Of a stretch of 64,000 bases of DNA, positions 7,411 through 16,545 are shown in pieces. Each line of letters begins with the position of its first letter. The stretch's first letter is position 1. The translations under genes were made by a program, and so were the position numbers. Source of the stretch: an uncultured virus (IMG/VR IMGVR_UViG_3300028394_000058) (Duplodnaviria; Heunggongvirae; Uroviricota; Caudoviricetes); IMG/VR virus record IMGVR_UViG_3300028394_000058. One strand, written 5' to 3'. The notes under the pieces are model-generated. The model had not been told where the DNA came from, made no database searches, and saw only the letters and a list, made by a program, of their open reading frames with translations.

Positions 7411-7609
7411 CACATAACTCCTTGGTCTGCTTACGCAGCTTTCTGATTTCTTCAGCAGCTTCCTTGCACAAGCCCCGCAATGTAACATTAGCTTGGTGTA
7501 GTGTATCAAAATTTTCTGGAAAAGCCACGTCAGGCTGTTCTAAGATTTGTGCTATATCTAAATACGGCGAGTCTGGGATATACGAGTGTTTGGGATTATT
7601 CAGTAACAT
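7403..7609 (-). CDS. hypothetical protein
   Basis: start moved to MLLNNP (GGAGG RBS); EAAEEIRKLR. Confidence 0.55.
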   Translation of the reverse strand: MLLNNPKHSYIPDSPYLDIAQILEQPDVAFPENFDTLHQANVTLRGLCKEAAEEIRKLRKQTKELCDE

Positions 7610-7793
7610 TATCGTCCTCCACAACTTCCCACATACGCATATAAAAATGTTTGCCATAACTTTCACGCACTTCGTCAGGATAACCCGCCCAGTACAACCA
7701 GTTGTCTACATCGGGATCTTTAGTGCTATCCCAGATCTGCGGAAATCCATACCGCCAACCGCCCGGCGGGTCAACCCATAGTTTTTTAGTCAT
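7596..7793 (-). CDS. hypothetical phage protein
   Basis: WVDPPGGWRYGFP motif. Confidence 0.6.
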   Translation of the reverse strand: MTKKLWVDPPGGWRYGFPQIWDSTKDPDVDNWLYWAGYPDEVRESYGKHFYMRMWEVVEDDNVTE

Positions 7794-7948
7794 ACAGTTT
7801 TACCACCCTTAAGTTTACATTCGCCAACAGCTTTAGAGGCACAACGACTAAACTTTATACACCAGTCGTTGTATGTTTTAGCCAAGTTAGAGCCTGGGGG
7901 ATGCCCTGCATTATGATGATGTTTACAGTCCTTGCAATGTTTGTTCAT
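7790..7948 (-). CDS. small Cys/His-rich protein
   Basis: start moved to MNKHCKDCKHH, downstream of the promoter at 7977-8005. Confidence 0.55.
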   Translation of the reverse strand: MNKHCKDCKHHHNAGHPPGSNLAKTYNDWCIKFSRCASKAVGECKLKGGKTV

Positions 7949-7967
7949 TGTTGTGCCCTTTCTCAAT

Positions 7968-8038
7968 TTATATAATATTATAGCACAAACACAAAGGGCA
8001 TTCAACTGCAAAATATTGCCGCTAAATGCCCCTGTGGT
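7968..8038 (-). repeat. promoter/stem-loop cassette, copy 1
   Basis: TTGAAT-17-TATAAT; near-identical to 8335-8404. Confidence 0.8.
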
Positions 8039-8039
8039 A

Positions 8040-8228
8040 TTACATAAACTTATCTTCTGGTGGTTCAAACTCAAACCATTCGTGCAACTCGTGCATTACA
8101 TTGTGCACTACTTGCTCAACAATCTGTTCTCTAGTAGGTTCGTCTGTGTATTTAAAACTGCGATAAACGCCGGTTTGTACACCGTCTTCAATGCAACGCT
8201 CTAATAGTTTTAATATGTTAGCTTTCAT
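8040..8228 (-). CDS. hypothetical protein
   Basis: GGAG RBS; lies between the two repeat cassettes. Confidence 0.6.
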   Translation of the reverse strand: MKANILKLLERCIEDGVQTGVYRSFKYTDEPTREQIVEQVVHNVMHELHEWFEFEPPEDKFM

Positions 8229-8240
8229 GCACCACTCCAG

Positions 8241-8315
8241 TTATTTTCTAGCAGGACAAGTTCTGCCTTGATTGCAGTTTTGATTGCAAGGCGGGCAGTG
8301 TTTGGTGTATTGCAT
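8241..8315 (-). CDS. 24-aa Cys-rich micro-protein (not in ORF track)
   Basis: MQYTKHCPPCNQNCNQGRTCPARK; first ORF after the promoter at 8344-8372. Confidence 0.5.
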   Translation of the reverse strand: MQYTKHCPPCNQNCNQGRTCPARK

Positions 8316-8334
8316 AGTGTTGTTCTTTATCAAA

Positions 8335-8404
8335 TTATATAATATTATAGCACAAACACAAAGGGCATTCAACTCTAAAATATTGTTGCTGAATGCCCTG
8401 TGGT
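8335..8404 (-). repeat. promoter/stem-loop cassette, copy 2
   Basis: 40 bp identical to copy 1; GGGCATTCA/TGAATGCCC inverted repeat overlapping the -35. Confidence 0.8.
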
Positions 8405-8413
8405 GATTTAAAC

Positions 8414-8683
8414 TTATTGCAAACTATAGTGTTTTAAGATGGCTATGTCTACTTTCTCCTCGTCTAAGAGGGCTAAACGGGCTTGTAGCGCACACTGACG
8501 CACAATGTTTTCGCCAAATAACATTAGCATCAATTCAATTTTTTGTGCTTCTGAAAATTTTGCCAGTTGCGGGTTGTTAAGTTGCATATGTGCACTGTAG
8601 GCTGCTTCCTGCATAGGCTTTGACATTGCAGGAATTTGTGGTGCTTGTTGTGGTAGTACTTGTTTTAGTATTTGGTCAATCAT
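8414..8683 (-). CDS. hypothetical protein
   Basis: start moved to MIDQILK (ATGA overlap). Confidence 0.55.
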   Translation of the reverse strand: MIDQILKQVLPQQAPQIPAMSKPMQEAAYSAHMQLNNPQLAKFSEAQKIELMLMLFGENIVRQCALQARLALLDEEKVDIAILKHYSLQ

Positions 8684-9270
8684 GATTGTAGGTCTGTGTT
8701 GGTAGGAACTTCCATTTTCCACTGATAGGTAACATAAACATTTCGTAAAGTTTTATTATCTAGTGGCGTTAGTGGAATTTGTGGTAAATAGCTGGCATAT
8801 TTGCTAGATACCCACAGCAGGCCCTGACTTTTAACCGGATCATACGGAGTACTTGGTGAGTCCGCGGCAATGTCGTGCGGGCTGTTTAAAATGTATATTG
8901 GCCTAGGTCCGTCGTGTTGTAAACAAATTTGCAATGATAAATCAACAAACTTTACAAGTGTTTTTTTGGGCAACTGCTGACTGTAGTGGTTTACTCGTCT
9001 GACCACACAACCATAATATTCAAGATTGTCCGGCTGTGTGCTATCAATTTTAGTTAAATACTTTGTTTTAAGTAACTTAGTTAATTCTGTAGCATATTCT
9101 GGTGCAGGCTCCATATTTCTAAATATAAAATCATTGCTTATAACTATATTTTTTGGAAATTCGCCGTCTTCGGTTTCAGTAAAATAAAGTTTGTGTGCAG
9201 TAATCAAAGTATTAATTTGCACGTCTGTAAGTGCATTATCAATAATTTGTGTTTGTAATAGGTTATACAT
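8680..9270 (-). CDS. hypothetical protein
   Basis: 196-aa ORF in the leftward operon. Confidence 0.6.
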   Translation of the reverse strand: MYNLLQTQIIDNALTDVQINTLITAHKLYFTETEDGEFPKNIVISNDFIFRNMEPAPEYATELTKLLKTKYLTKIDSTQPDNLEYYGCVVRRVNHYSQQLPKKTLVKFVDLSLQICLQHDGPRPIYILNSPHDIAADSPSTPYDPVKSQGLLWVSSKYASYLPQIPLTPLDNKTLRNVYVTYQWKMEVPTNTDLQS

Positions 9271-9276
9271 GTGTGG

Positions 9277-9483
9277 CTAGTGGACTAGCCCTCCTTTGTT
9301 ATTAATACCCACTAGGTCTTGTAAGTTAAATACAGGAAAATAGTTTCCTTTATGCATCGGTACAATGGTTCTGGTAACTTGTCTGCTAGACTCTTCACCA
9401 CAAGGCATACACAGTTTTTTAGTATGGGTTAATGCCCAACGGCGTGGATCAACAGGTTCATCGCAACGCTTACAGTTATGCAT
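9277..9483 (-). CDS. C4 zinc-finger protein (DksA/TraR-finger-like)
   Basis: CKRC...RRWAL...CMPC. Confidence 0.5.
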   Translation of the reverse strand: MHNCKRCDEPVDPRRWALTHTKKLCMPCGEESSRQVTRTIVPMHKGNYFPVFNLQDLVGINNKGGLVH

Positions 9484-9655
9484 ATTTAGTTCTCACGCTT
9501 TGTTTAATTTGTTTAATCTGTTCACTAGTAAGTGGGCCATCATCTTGGGGATAGTCCGGCGGCACTTCTTTTTGAGTTTGCATCATGTGCCAAATCTTAT
9601 TACGACTAGCACGTTGAGCTGTTGTTTGTATCATATGTTGTAATAGTTTACGCAT
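9476..9655 (-). CDS. 59-aa hypothetical protein (not in ORF track)
   Basis: MRKLLQHM...KYA; fills the gap with coupled start and stop. Confidence 0.5.
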   Translation of the reverse strand: MRKLLQHMIQTTAQRASRNKIWHMMQTQKEVPPDYPQDDGPLTSEQIKQIKQSVRTKYA

Positions 9656-9996
9656 TAATCTTCCCAGTCTTTACGCATTGCTGCTTTTAGTCGTTTACTT
9701 AGTCCACGAATATATTCAAGATGTAAATTTATAGTAGCACGTTGACCAGGTAACCAATCTGGTTTAAGCATAAGCGCTACCTCTTCATCTAGTGCTATAA
9801 CTATAGGTTTAATTGTATTATCTAGCCAACGAACATTTTTTAGCAATAATGTACAAGTAGTCATAGACTCACTACCTTCTCTTGGCGGCATTGCTAGTTT
9901 AGCCCCGCCTTTTCGTTCCATATCGTCCAGTAGCCATAATGGTAAATCTATGACTGTGATTGGTTCAAAATGTTTTGTATAAATTACTACATTCAT
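9655..9996 (-). CDS. hypothetical protein
   Basis: 113-aa ORF. Confidence 0.6.
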   Translation of the reverse strand: MNVVIYTKHFEPITVIDLPLWLLDDMERKGGAKLAMPPREGSESMTTCTLLLKNVRWLDNTIKPIVIALDEEVALMLKPDWLPGQRATINLHLEYIRGLSKRLKAAMRKDWED

Positions 9997-10029
9997 ATAT
10001 TATATCACAGACTAGCTCTGTGTTCAAGT

Positions 10030-10710
10030 TTAAATACTAAAATCTTCTTCCTCAACCACCTTAGGAAAGAAGGCCCCAATAGTAACGGGTGCAGCAAAAC
10101 GCAGTTTATCTAGCACTAATTGAGCAAGCTCTCTGTGCTCTCTTTGTGTGGTTGGATCTAAACGCTGTTGCAAGTAGAAGATCCAACTACGCAATGTACC
10201 ATTCATATACATCCTGCTAGGTGTCAGACCCTCAGGCAGAATAGCTCGGGCCTGTTCTTTAGCTATACCTTGCTCTAGTGCCCAAGTATATGCTTCAGTA
10301 GTTTTCTTAATTAGTGCGTCTTGCAGCACTTCCCACTGATATGCAAGTTGACGTTGTTTGTCTACAGTTATATCCGGTTCAATAGAATTTTGACGATTCT
10401 TTGTGTCTTGCAGCCTACATTCACGACGTTGCAACTCACCTAAAGTATTTACATCTGCATAACGCTGTGAAAATTCTTGAAAACTAAAACTACGGTGTCG
10501 TAAGATTTGACGGGCAATATCACGTGTAGTTGTAATTTCCAGGCATACATTAGCCATTTCAAACGGCGATACATGACCGTGTTTAACCATGTACTGTAGT
10601 AGCCCAATGATATTTTGATTGTTTTGATTTTTAGGGTTAGAGACTCGGGCAATGTAAGCAATTTGCTCATCAATGTCTTGTGTCATCCACATAATTTTAA
10701 CTTCTTGCAT
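10030..10710 (-). CDS. thyX: FAD-dependent thymidylate synthase
   Basis: ThyX motif RHRSFSFQEFSQRY; HGHVSPFE. Confidence 0.95.
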   Translation of the reverse strand: MQEVKIMWMTQDIDEQIAYIARVSNPKNQNNQNIIGLLQYMVKHGHVSPFEMANVCLEITTTRDIARQILRHRSFSFQEFSQRYADVNTLGELQRRECRLQDTKNRQNSIEPDITVDKQRQLAYQWEVLQDALIKKTTEAYTWALEQGIAKEQARAILPEGLTPSRMYMNGTLRSWIFYLQQRLDPTTQREHRELAQLVLDKLRFAAPVTIGAFFPKVVEEEDFSI

Positions 10711-10721
10711 TTGTGTCCAGG

Positions 10722-11156
10722 TTAAGTGTAAAATACATGATTACCAATTTTATCAGTTTGTTTTAACCGCCATAGTGGTTTAACTTTTAAGTTGTGATAG
10801 TGTGTAGCATTAGTTTTATAATAGTCAGGGTTTAATATTACTAATTTAGCAATATGTAGGCTATTTAACCAAGCGCTTTTGTCTAAGATAGGTTTGTACT
10901 TATCTTTGGTCCAGCTAAATTGACCGCGCTGATAAACTACGCCACAAATAGTCTTTTTAAAATTGCCGCTAGCAACACGATTCAGGGTAACTTTAGCTAC
11001 TGCTATTTTACCCTGCAGGGTTTCTCCTCTGGCCTCGTGATAGATATTTTTAGCCAAACATACGGTTTCATTGTCATATACCCAACTTCTTGGTATATCC
11101 GCAGAGTTAATAGCGTGAGGAATTGCTAACAGGCATAATACTAGGAATTTTATCAT
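10722..11156 (-). CDS. SleB-like cell wall hydrolase (Hydrolase_2)
   Basis: CLAKNIYHEARGE, TICGVVYQ..QFSW, IGNHVFY; N-terminal signal peptide. Confidence 0.9.
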   Translation of the reverse strand: MIKFLVLCLLAIPHAINSADIPRSWVYDNETVCLAKNIYHEARGETLQGKIAVAKVTLNRVASGNFKKTICGVVYQRGQFSWTKDKYKPILDKSAWLNSLHIAKLVILNPDYYKTNATHYHNLKVKPLWRLKQTDKIGNHVFYT

Positions 11157-11194
11157 TGTTTTATCCTAAAATTTTGCCAAATCTTACATAATTA

Positions 11195-11298
11195 ATTATA
11201 GCACACTGGTCCGACAAAATCAAGTTAATTTTGTTAGTGGGTCCTGCGCCAACGGCAAAAATTTTTGCGTTGCCAATTGTTGCCTGGCATGATATAAT
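11195..11298. promoter_or_regulatory. divergent sigma70 promoter pair
   Basis: minus strand TTGATT-17-TATAAT (11195-11223); plus strand TTGCCA-17-TATAAT (11270-11298). Confidence 0.7.
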
Positions 11299-11319
11299 AG
11301 TAAAAACTGGAGGACTGCT

Positions 11320-11529
11320 GTGTTACCAACTCAAAAACAAAATAATCAAGAACGATACATTCAAAAACTTGAATACTTAATTAATAATCAACTGCTTCCC
11401 GTATACATGGAATATCGTAAACAACATGGACTAAATCCAGTTTGCGATATTCCTAAAGAACTTTTAGCAGATGTAAAAAAACAAAACTCACTGCCCGCCT
11501 TACTCAAACCAATTGAAAAATTAACTTGA
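11320..11529 (+). CDS. hypothetical protein
   Basis: GTG start with GGAGG RBS. Confidence 0.55.
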   Translation: MLPTQKQNNQERYIQKLEYLINNQLLPVYMEYRKQHGLNPVCDIPKELLADVKKQNSLPALLKPIEKLT

Positions 11530-11584
11530 ATTTTTACTAAAACTATCGTATAATATTAAATCAACAACACTTTTACTTATAACT

Positions 11585-12019
11585 ATGCAACCAAAAACTT
11601 TTGACCAAGCCGCGTTTGACAGTATGTTGGGTAACCAAATTCCTAGTCTTACTCAAATTACTCTTGAAGAATTAAATAAACTAGCCGCCACATCGGTTAA
11701 ATTTTGTGATGGAGCTGTAAAACATGATGGTGACAAGCCTCCAATGAATTTACTAAGTCGTGAAGCCCTAGAGCAAACGGCTATGGTTATGGCTTTTGGC
11801 AAGGAGAAGTACGCAGCACATAATTGGCGCGGCGGCTTTGCTTGGTCACGCCCCCTAAGCGCAGCAATGCGGCACATTATGGCATTTAACGACGGTGAGG
11901 ACAAAGATCCTGAGTCGGGTCTTAGTCATCTTGCTCACGCCGCTTGCTGTATTATGTTCCTTTTGGAATTTGAGAAAACCCATAAACATCTAGATGATCG
12001 TTTCAAACCAACTAAATAA
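11585..12019 (+). CDS. dATP/dGTP diphosphohydrolase-domain protein (DUF5664-like)
   Basis: KHDGDKP, FGKEKY..HNWR.G, DPESGLSHLAHAAC. Confidence 0.85.
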   Translation: MQPKTFDQAAFDSMLGNQIPSLTQITLEELNKLAATSVKFCDGAVKHDGDKPPMNLLSREALEQTAMVMAFGKEKYAAHNWRGGFAWSRPLSAAMRHIMAFNDGEDKDPESGLSHLAHAACCIMFLLEFEKTHKHLDDRFKPTK

Positions 12020-12224
12020 TAAACTTATTCGTGAGCTAATCGGCACACGAAAAGACCTAGCCGCCGCCTGTGAAGACCTAGGTATTAATTTTGAACAAAT
12101 AACTAAAATGGGCGGACCCGGAATTCCACAATGCACACATTGTGGTCGCTGGGAATATAAATTAATTCCTGACTTAGACAATAACCCTATTTGTAAATAT
12201 TGCCGAGACATAGAAGGCATGTAA
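11994..12224 (+). CDS. zinc-finger hypothetical protein
   Basis: CTHC...CKYC. Confidence 0.5.
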   Translation: MIVSNQLNNKLIRELIGTRKDLAAACEDLGINFEQITKMGGPGIPQCTHCGRWEYKLIPDLDNNPICKYCRDIEGM

Positions 12225-12634
12225 TGCACAACTTAACAGATGAAATATTTAAACTTACTGCTCCATACGATAACACGTATCAAGGACGCAATCGGCGCTG
12301 GCTATTTGTATGCAGCGCAGGGTTGTTGCGTTCACCTACAGCTGCTCAAATTGCCAGCAAATATGCACTAAATACTCGTAGTTGCGGCAGCAGTGAATAT
12401 GCATTAATTCCTATTAGTGTTAACCTGCTAGAGTGGGCACATAAGATCGTATTTATGGGCCAGGATAATTTTGACGAGGCTATTGCAACTTTTAGTCAGC
12501 TAGACATTAAGAACAATAGTCCATATTATGAGAATATGATTCGTCAAAAGGGCTGCGTGTGGTCAATTCCAGACAAATACGAATACATGAATCCAGATTT
12601 AATTGCGCTAATTGAAGATAAACTTTTAGCGTAA
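12224..12634 (+). CDS. low-molecular-weight tyrosine phosphatase-like protein
   Basis: CX5R P-loop FVCSAGLLRSPTA; IPD.YEYM. Confidence 0.8.
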   Translation: MHNLTDEIFKLTAPYDNTYQGRNRRWLFVCSAGLLRSPTAAQIASKYALNTRSCGSSEYALIPISVNLLEWAHKIVFMGQDNFDEAIATFSQLDIKNNSPYYENMIRQKGCVWSIPDKYEYMNPDLIALIEDKLLA

Positions 12635-12709
12635 CCTACGGCTGCCTGTTAGGGGGCTGTTTTTTAACCGAGCTAGTTGCTCAACAAATCTTGCTTTTAG
12701 GAGATTACA

Positions 12710-13129
12710 ATGACAAATTTTGATGTTAAATTATTGAACCGTGCCCTTGTGGGTTTTGATCACTTTTTTGATGCTTTTGAAGCACGCCATGCAAATCAAG
12801 TAAATACTAATTATCCGCCTTATAATGTAATTAAGTTTGGTGAAAATGATTATATTGTTGAAATGGCAGTTGCTGGTTTTAAACGTGATGAAATTACTGT
12901 TGAACTAGAAAAGGATGTACTTAGTATTCGTGGCGTTAAGCGCGATCAAAAAGTAGATACTACACAGTATATTTATCATGGATTAGGTGCTCGTGCATTT
13001 CAGCGACAGTTCACACTACACAGTGACTTAGTTGTAAAAGATGCACAATTAGAAGACGGTATTCTTAAAGTATTAATTCTACACGTAATTCCAGAAGATA
13101 AAAAACCTAAACAGATCAAAATCAATTAA
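12710..13129 (+). CDS. small heat-shock protein (Hsp20/IbpA-like)
   Basis: NYPPYNVIK, MAVAGF, YHGL..RAFQRQFTL, LEDGIL. Confidence 0.9.
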   Translation: MTNFDVKLLNRALVGFDHFFDAFEARHANQVNTNYPPYNVIKFGENDYIVEMAVAGFKRDEITVELEKDVLSIRGVKRDQKVDTTQYIYHGLGARAFQRQFTLHSDLVVKDAQLEDGILKVLILHVIPEDKKPKQIKIN

Positions 13130-13132
13130 ACT

Positions 13133-13351
13133 ATGAACAAGCGGACAGTTCCTAATTACTTAGATATTTTTGAAAAGCGAATTAGTCGTTGTAAAGATCG
13201 AATTAAGCAGGAACTGTCCAAAGACAGATCCCATAGAGATAGACGCACGCTTAAGATAATGTTAGCAGAAGTTAAACATCTTAAGCACGCACTTAAAGAT
13301 GCCAGAGATGAGCATCAGCCTAAATGCCCACATTGCGGACATAAGCTATAA
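13133..13351 (+). CDS. hypothetical protein with C-terminal CPHC
   Basis: 72-aa ORF. Confidence 0.55.
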   Translation: MNKRTVPNYLDIFEKRISRCKDRIKQELSKDRSHRDRRTLKIMLAEVKHLKHALKDARDEHQPKCPHCGHKL

Positions 13352-13410
13352 TTTTGACTTGAAATTGCGGGTATAATCTGTTATAATATTATCTTCAATG
13401 GAGATTTATT

Positions 13411-13614
13411 ATGGCAGGTTATACCCGCAATTTTTTGATTGATGTTGCACTACACCGATACCACATTCTTAATCTTTCAGCAGAAGAAAAAGCTAAAGAT
13501 CGTGCTAGATGTGAACTTACCTATGATAAATACGGCAAAGATAAGTTTCGTGAGTATACTTGCGTAACTCCACAAGCAATTCGTGATTATAAATCCTACT
13601 TAAAAAATGTTTAA
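13411..13614 (+). CDS. hypothetical protein
   Basis: promoter at 13359-13387 and GGAG RBS. Confidence 0.6.
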   Translation: MAGYTRNFLIDVALHRYHILNLSAEEKAKDRARCELTYDKYGKDKFREYTCVTPQAIRDYKSYLKNV

Positions 13615-14617
13615 TCAAAACGTCAAACGCATTGGTTTTGCTTGCAAAATCCAAGAATCTCAAAGCAAAGCCAATCCTAGCCTAAATACTAAAACTACTA
13701 CTCTTACTTGGCTTAACAAGCAGACTAAACACGTTGCAGTAGAACGACTACACGATATTGCTAAACACAATATTCAAATTTTGCAACGTCAAATGACTTG
13801 GCTTGCTGCTAGCCCGCCACATTTGCGTATGTTTCGTATGAGCAGCGACCTGCTGCCAGCATATACTCACGAAGACTGGACTTGGGCATATTTTGACCAA
13901 GACATGGTTAATCTACTTAGTACCGGCTTTGCCAAAGTAGGCGAGCTGGCTCGCAAACACGATATTAAGATTAGTTTTCATCCAGGTCAGTTTTGTGTGC
14001 TAGCTAGTGAAAATCCTAACGTAGTGGAAAATTCAATTCAAGAGTTCGAGTATCACTGCGACATAATCCGCTACATGGGATATGGCCAACAATTTCAAGA
14101 CTTTAAATGCAATGTTCACATTGGCGGCAAGCTAGGTCCAGCAGGTATTAAAGCTGTGCTGCCTAAACTCAGCCGCGAAGCGCGTAATACCTTAACTATC
14201 GAAAATGCCGAATATACTTGGGGTCTTGACGCTAGTCTTGAACTTGCTAAAGATTGTGCACTAGTGCTTGACATACATCATCACTGGATTAATACTGGCA
14301 AGTACATTGAGCCTACCGACCCTAAAGTAATGCAAGTTATTGATAGCTGGCGCGGTGTTAGACCTACGCTACACTACAGTGTTAGCCGCGAGGATGTACT
14401 AGTTGATCACGATCCTACCACTATGCCTTGCTTAACTCAACTAAAACAACAGGGGTTTACCAGTGCCAAGCTTAGAGCTCATAGCGACTATTATTGGAAT
14501 CAAGCTGTTAGTGCTTGGGCCGCTAGTTTTCTGCCAGATTTTGACATTATGTGCGAGTCTAAAGAAAAAAATCTAGCTAGCCACGAGTTTGCAAAATCTG
14601 CTCTTGATTTTGCCTAG
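13607..14617 (+). CDS. uvsE: UV damage endonuclease (UVDE)
   Basis: RIGFAC, MFRMSSD, SFHPGQF.VLAS, IEN, LDIHHH, AHSD, DIMCESK.K. Confidence 0.9.
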   Translation: MFNQNVKRIGFACKIQESQSKANPSLNTKTTTLTWLNKQTKHVAVERLHDIAKHNIQILQRQMTWLAASPPHLRMFRMSSDLLPAYTHEDWTWAYFDQDMVNLLSTGFAKVGELARKHDIKISFHPGQFCVLASENPNVVENSIQEFEYHCDIIRYMGYGQQFQDFKCNVHIGGKLGPAGIKAVLPKLSREARNTLTIENAEYTWGLDASLELAKDCALVLDIHHHWINTGKYIEPTDPKVMQVIDSWRGVRPTLHYSVSREDVLVDHDPTTMPCLTQLKQQGFTSAKLRAHSDYYWNQAVSAWAASFLPDFDIMCESKEKNLASHEFAKSALDFA

Positions 14618-14762
14618 TTGTTAGTGTATAATATTTATATAGCCCCTTGATCAAGGGAAAATCTGGTCGAACTACTACGGTTCGTGGCACATCCAGACGC
14701 AGCAGCTAAACCCTTAGGCTGCTACCCATACTAAAACGCATTTTAATAGTGTGTTTTAGTAT

Positions 14763-14846
14763 GGGCGAGTGGTGTAATGGTAGCCACGCTGGTTTTAGAA
14801 GCCAGTGCCGCAAGGCGTAAGAGTTCGAGTCTCTTCTTGCCCACCA
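14763..14846 (+). tRNA. tRNA-Leu(TAG)
   Basis: cloverleaf with long variable arm; loop TTTAGAA; encoded CCA. Confidence 0.9.
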
Positions 14847-14859
14847 TCAAGGAGCTAAT

Positions 14860-15183
14860 ATGAGCCGTACTAACAAAGACAAAAACTGGAAACTTAAATT
14901 TCCAGAATTAGACTGGGAATTTGATTCAATAAAAATTACCAGTGAAAATAGCTATAGTGTTCGTTATATTAAATTGCCGGGTGTAAAAACTAAAAAGAAA
15001 CGGGAATTGGATACTGATTGGCACTGGCTTAATACAACGCCTAGTTGGTGGACTCGTCTAATGATGAATCGTCCACAACGTCGTGCTGGTCGTGTATGGG
15101 AACATAAAGTACTTAAAGAGCTAGACTTGGAAGATTGCGATCCTCCTAGTGTAGGACATAAACCTCACATATATTATTATTAA
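14860..15183 (+). CDS. hypothetical protein
   Basis: AAGGAG RBS; TPSWWTRLMMNRPQR. Confidence 0.6.
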   Translation: MSRTNKDKNWKLKFPELDWEFDSIKITSENSYSVRYIKLPGVKTKKKRELDTDWHWLNTTPSWWTRLMMNRPQRRAGRVWEHKVLKELDLEDCDPPSVGHKPHIYYY

Positions 15184-15185
15184 AT

Positions 15186-15761
15186 ATGCAACATTTTTAC
15201 GAACAAATTCCTGGTTGGTCATTTGATATTGTTGGACAGTACAGGGCGGCAGTTGAAGGCGCTGTAAATGGCGCACACTTTGTTGAAGTTGGCAGCTGGA
15301 AAGGCCGTAGTGCAGCTTTTATGGCAGTGGAAATTATCAACAGTGGTAAGCAGATTACTTTTGACTGCGTGGATCATTTTCAAGGCAATCCAGAACAGCG
15401 TGACACTAATAGTGAAGCCTATGATAAAGACGCAGCTGACGGCAACATACAATCAATATTTACACAAAATATGTTGCCTGTAGTAGGATATTACAACGCA
15501 GTAGTACAAACAAGCCCGGCCGTAGCACAGCAATATGCTGATAATAGCCTAGATTTTGTGTTTATTGACGCAGGCCGGGACTATGACAGTGCAAAAGCAG
15601 ATATTTTAGGTTGGTGGCCAAAAGTTAAACCAGGCGGATTGCTTGCTGGACATGACATTAGGCATCCGCCAATTGATAAAGCTCTTAAAGATGCGGAAGC
15701 TGAAACCGGAAGGTATGTTAGTAACTATTGGGATTGTTGGCAAATTACTAAACCAGTTTAA
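15186..15761 (+). CDS. class I SAM-dependent methyltransferase (Methyltransf_24-like)
   Basis: FVEVGSWKGRS, DFVFIDA, KPGGLLAGHD. Confidence 0.85.
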   Translation: MQHFYEQIPGWSFDIVGQYRAAVEGAVNGAHFVEVGSWKGRSAAFMAVEIINSGKQITFDCVDHFQGNPEQRDTNSEAYDKDAADGNIQSIFTQNMLPVVGYYNAVVQTSPAVAQQYADNSLDFVFIDAGRDYDSAKADILGWWPKVKPGGLLAGHDIRHPPIDKALKDAEAETGRYVSNYWDCWQITKPV

Positions 15762-15766
15762 TATAA

Positions 15767-15858
15767 AGAGAGTTGGCTGAGTGGCTGAAGGCAGCGGTTT
15801 GCTAAACCGTCGTATGCAGTAATGTGTACCGTGGGTTCGAATCCCACACTCTCTGCCA
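15767..15858 (+). tRNA. tRNA-Ser(GCT)
   Basis: loop TTGCTAA; long variable arm; G discriminator; CCA. Confidence 0.9.
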
Positions 15859-15865
15859 AAAAATC

Positions 15866-16537
15866 ATGATAAATTTAGAAATTTTTTGTTTGCACTGGGA
15901 TAATATAGATCCTAGAATGATGACAGCACATAAAGCTGTTATGGAACATTTTGAAATTCCAGTAACCTACCATCCTATAAATATGGATCATGGTACTTGG
16001 ATGACCAAAGTAATGGAGATAAGTGAAAGCGACGCAGTAGCGTTTATAGAACCTGATTGTATTCCTATTAATAAATCTAAGTTTTTAGAATGTATTCAAT
16101 ATGCTGTGGCTAATGATACATTTTGCGGAATTGCACAGGCGTCTAATCACCTAGAGCCAAAAAACCATATTTATGCAGCACCTGGATTTTTTGTAATTAC
16201 AAAAAGTGCTTATGCAAAATTAGATAAACCCAGTTTTATGTGTACTTTTCGCAGTGATACTGGCGAAGAAGTAAGTTGGGCTGCCGAGGATAAACACTAT
16301 GATTATAGAGTAATTCTGCCTACACACTATGAAAAACCTTCTAAAGAAGGTATATGGAATCTTGGTCCGTTGGGACACTATGGTATTGGAACCGTATTTA
16401 GCGATACAGTATATCACCTATATCAGGGTCGTTATAATGACAATGTAGAATTATTTGTTAAACGTTGTAACGAAGTTATTGCAGGTACTTTTAGTACTGT
16501 TAAATTTAAACAATGTATGACACTACTAGGAGAATAA
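15866..16537 (+). CDS. putative glycosyltransferase-like protein
   Basis: start moved past the tRNA; FIEPDCIP at a DxD-like position; DTGE motif. Confidence 0.45.
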   Translation: MINLEIFCLHWDNIDPRMMTAHKAVMEHFEIPVTYHPINMDHGTWMTKVMEISESDAVAFIEPDCIPINKSKFLECIQYAVANDTFCGIAQASNHLEPKNHIYAAPGFFVITKSAYAKLDKPSFMCTFRSDTGEEVSWAAEDKHYDYRVILPTHYEKPSKEGIWNLGPLGHYGIGTVFSDTVYHLYQGRYNDNVELFVKRCNEVIAGTFSTVKFKQCMTLLGE

Positions 16538-16545
16538 TAAATACT

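Noticed and set aside
9999..10027. Minus-strand TTGAAC-17-TATAAT as the promoter of 9655..9996
   Set aside because: The ATG begins only 2 nt after the -10 box, upstream of the expected start site, so the assignment is unsupported
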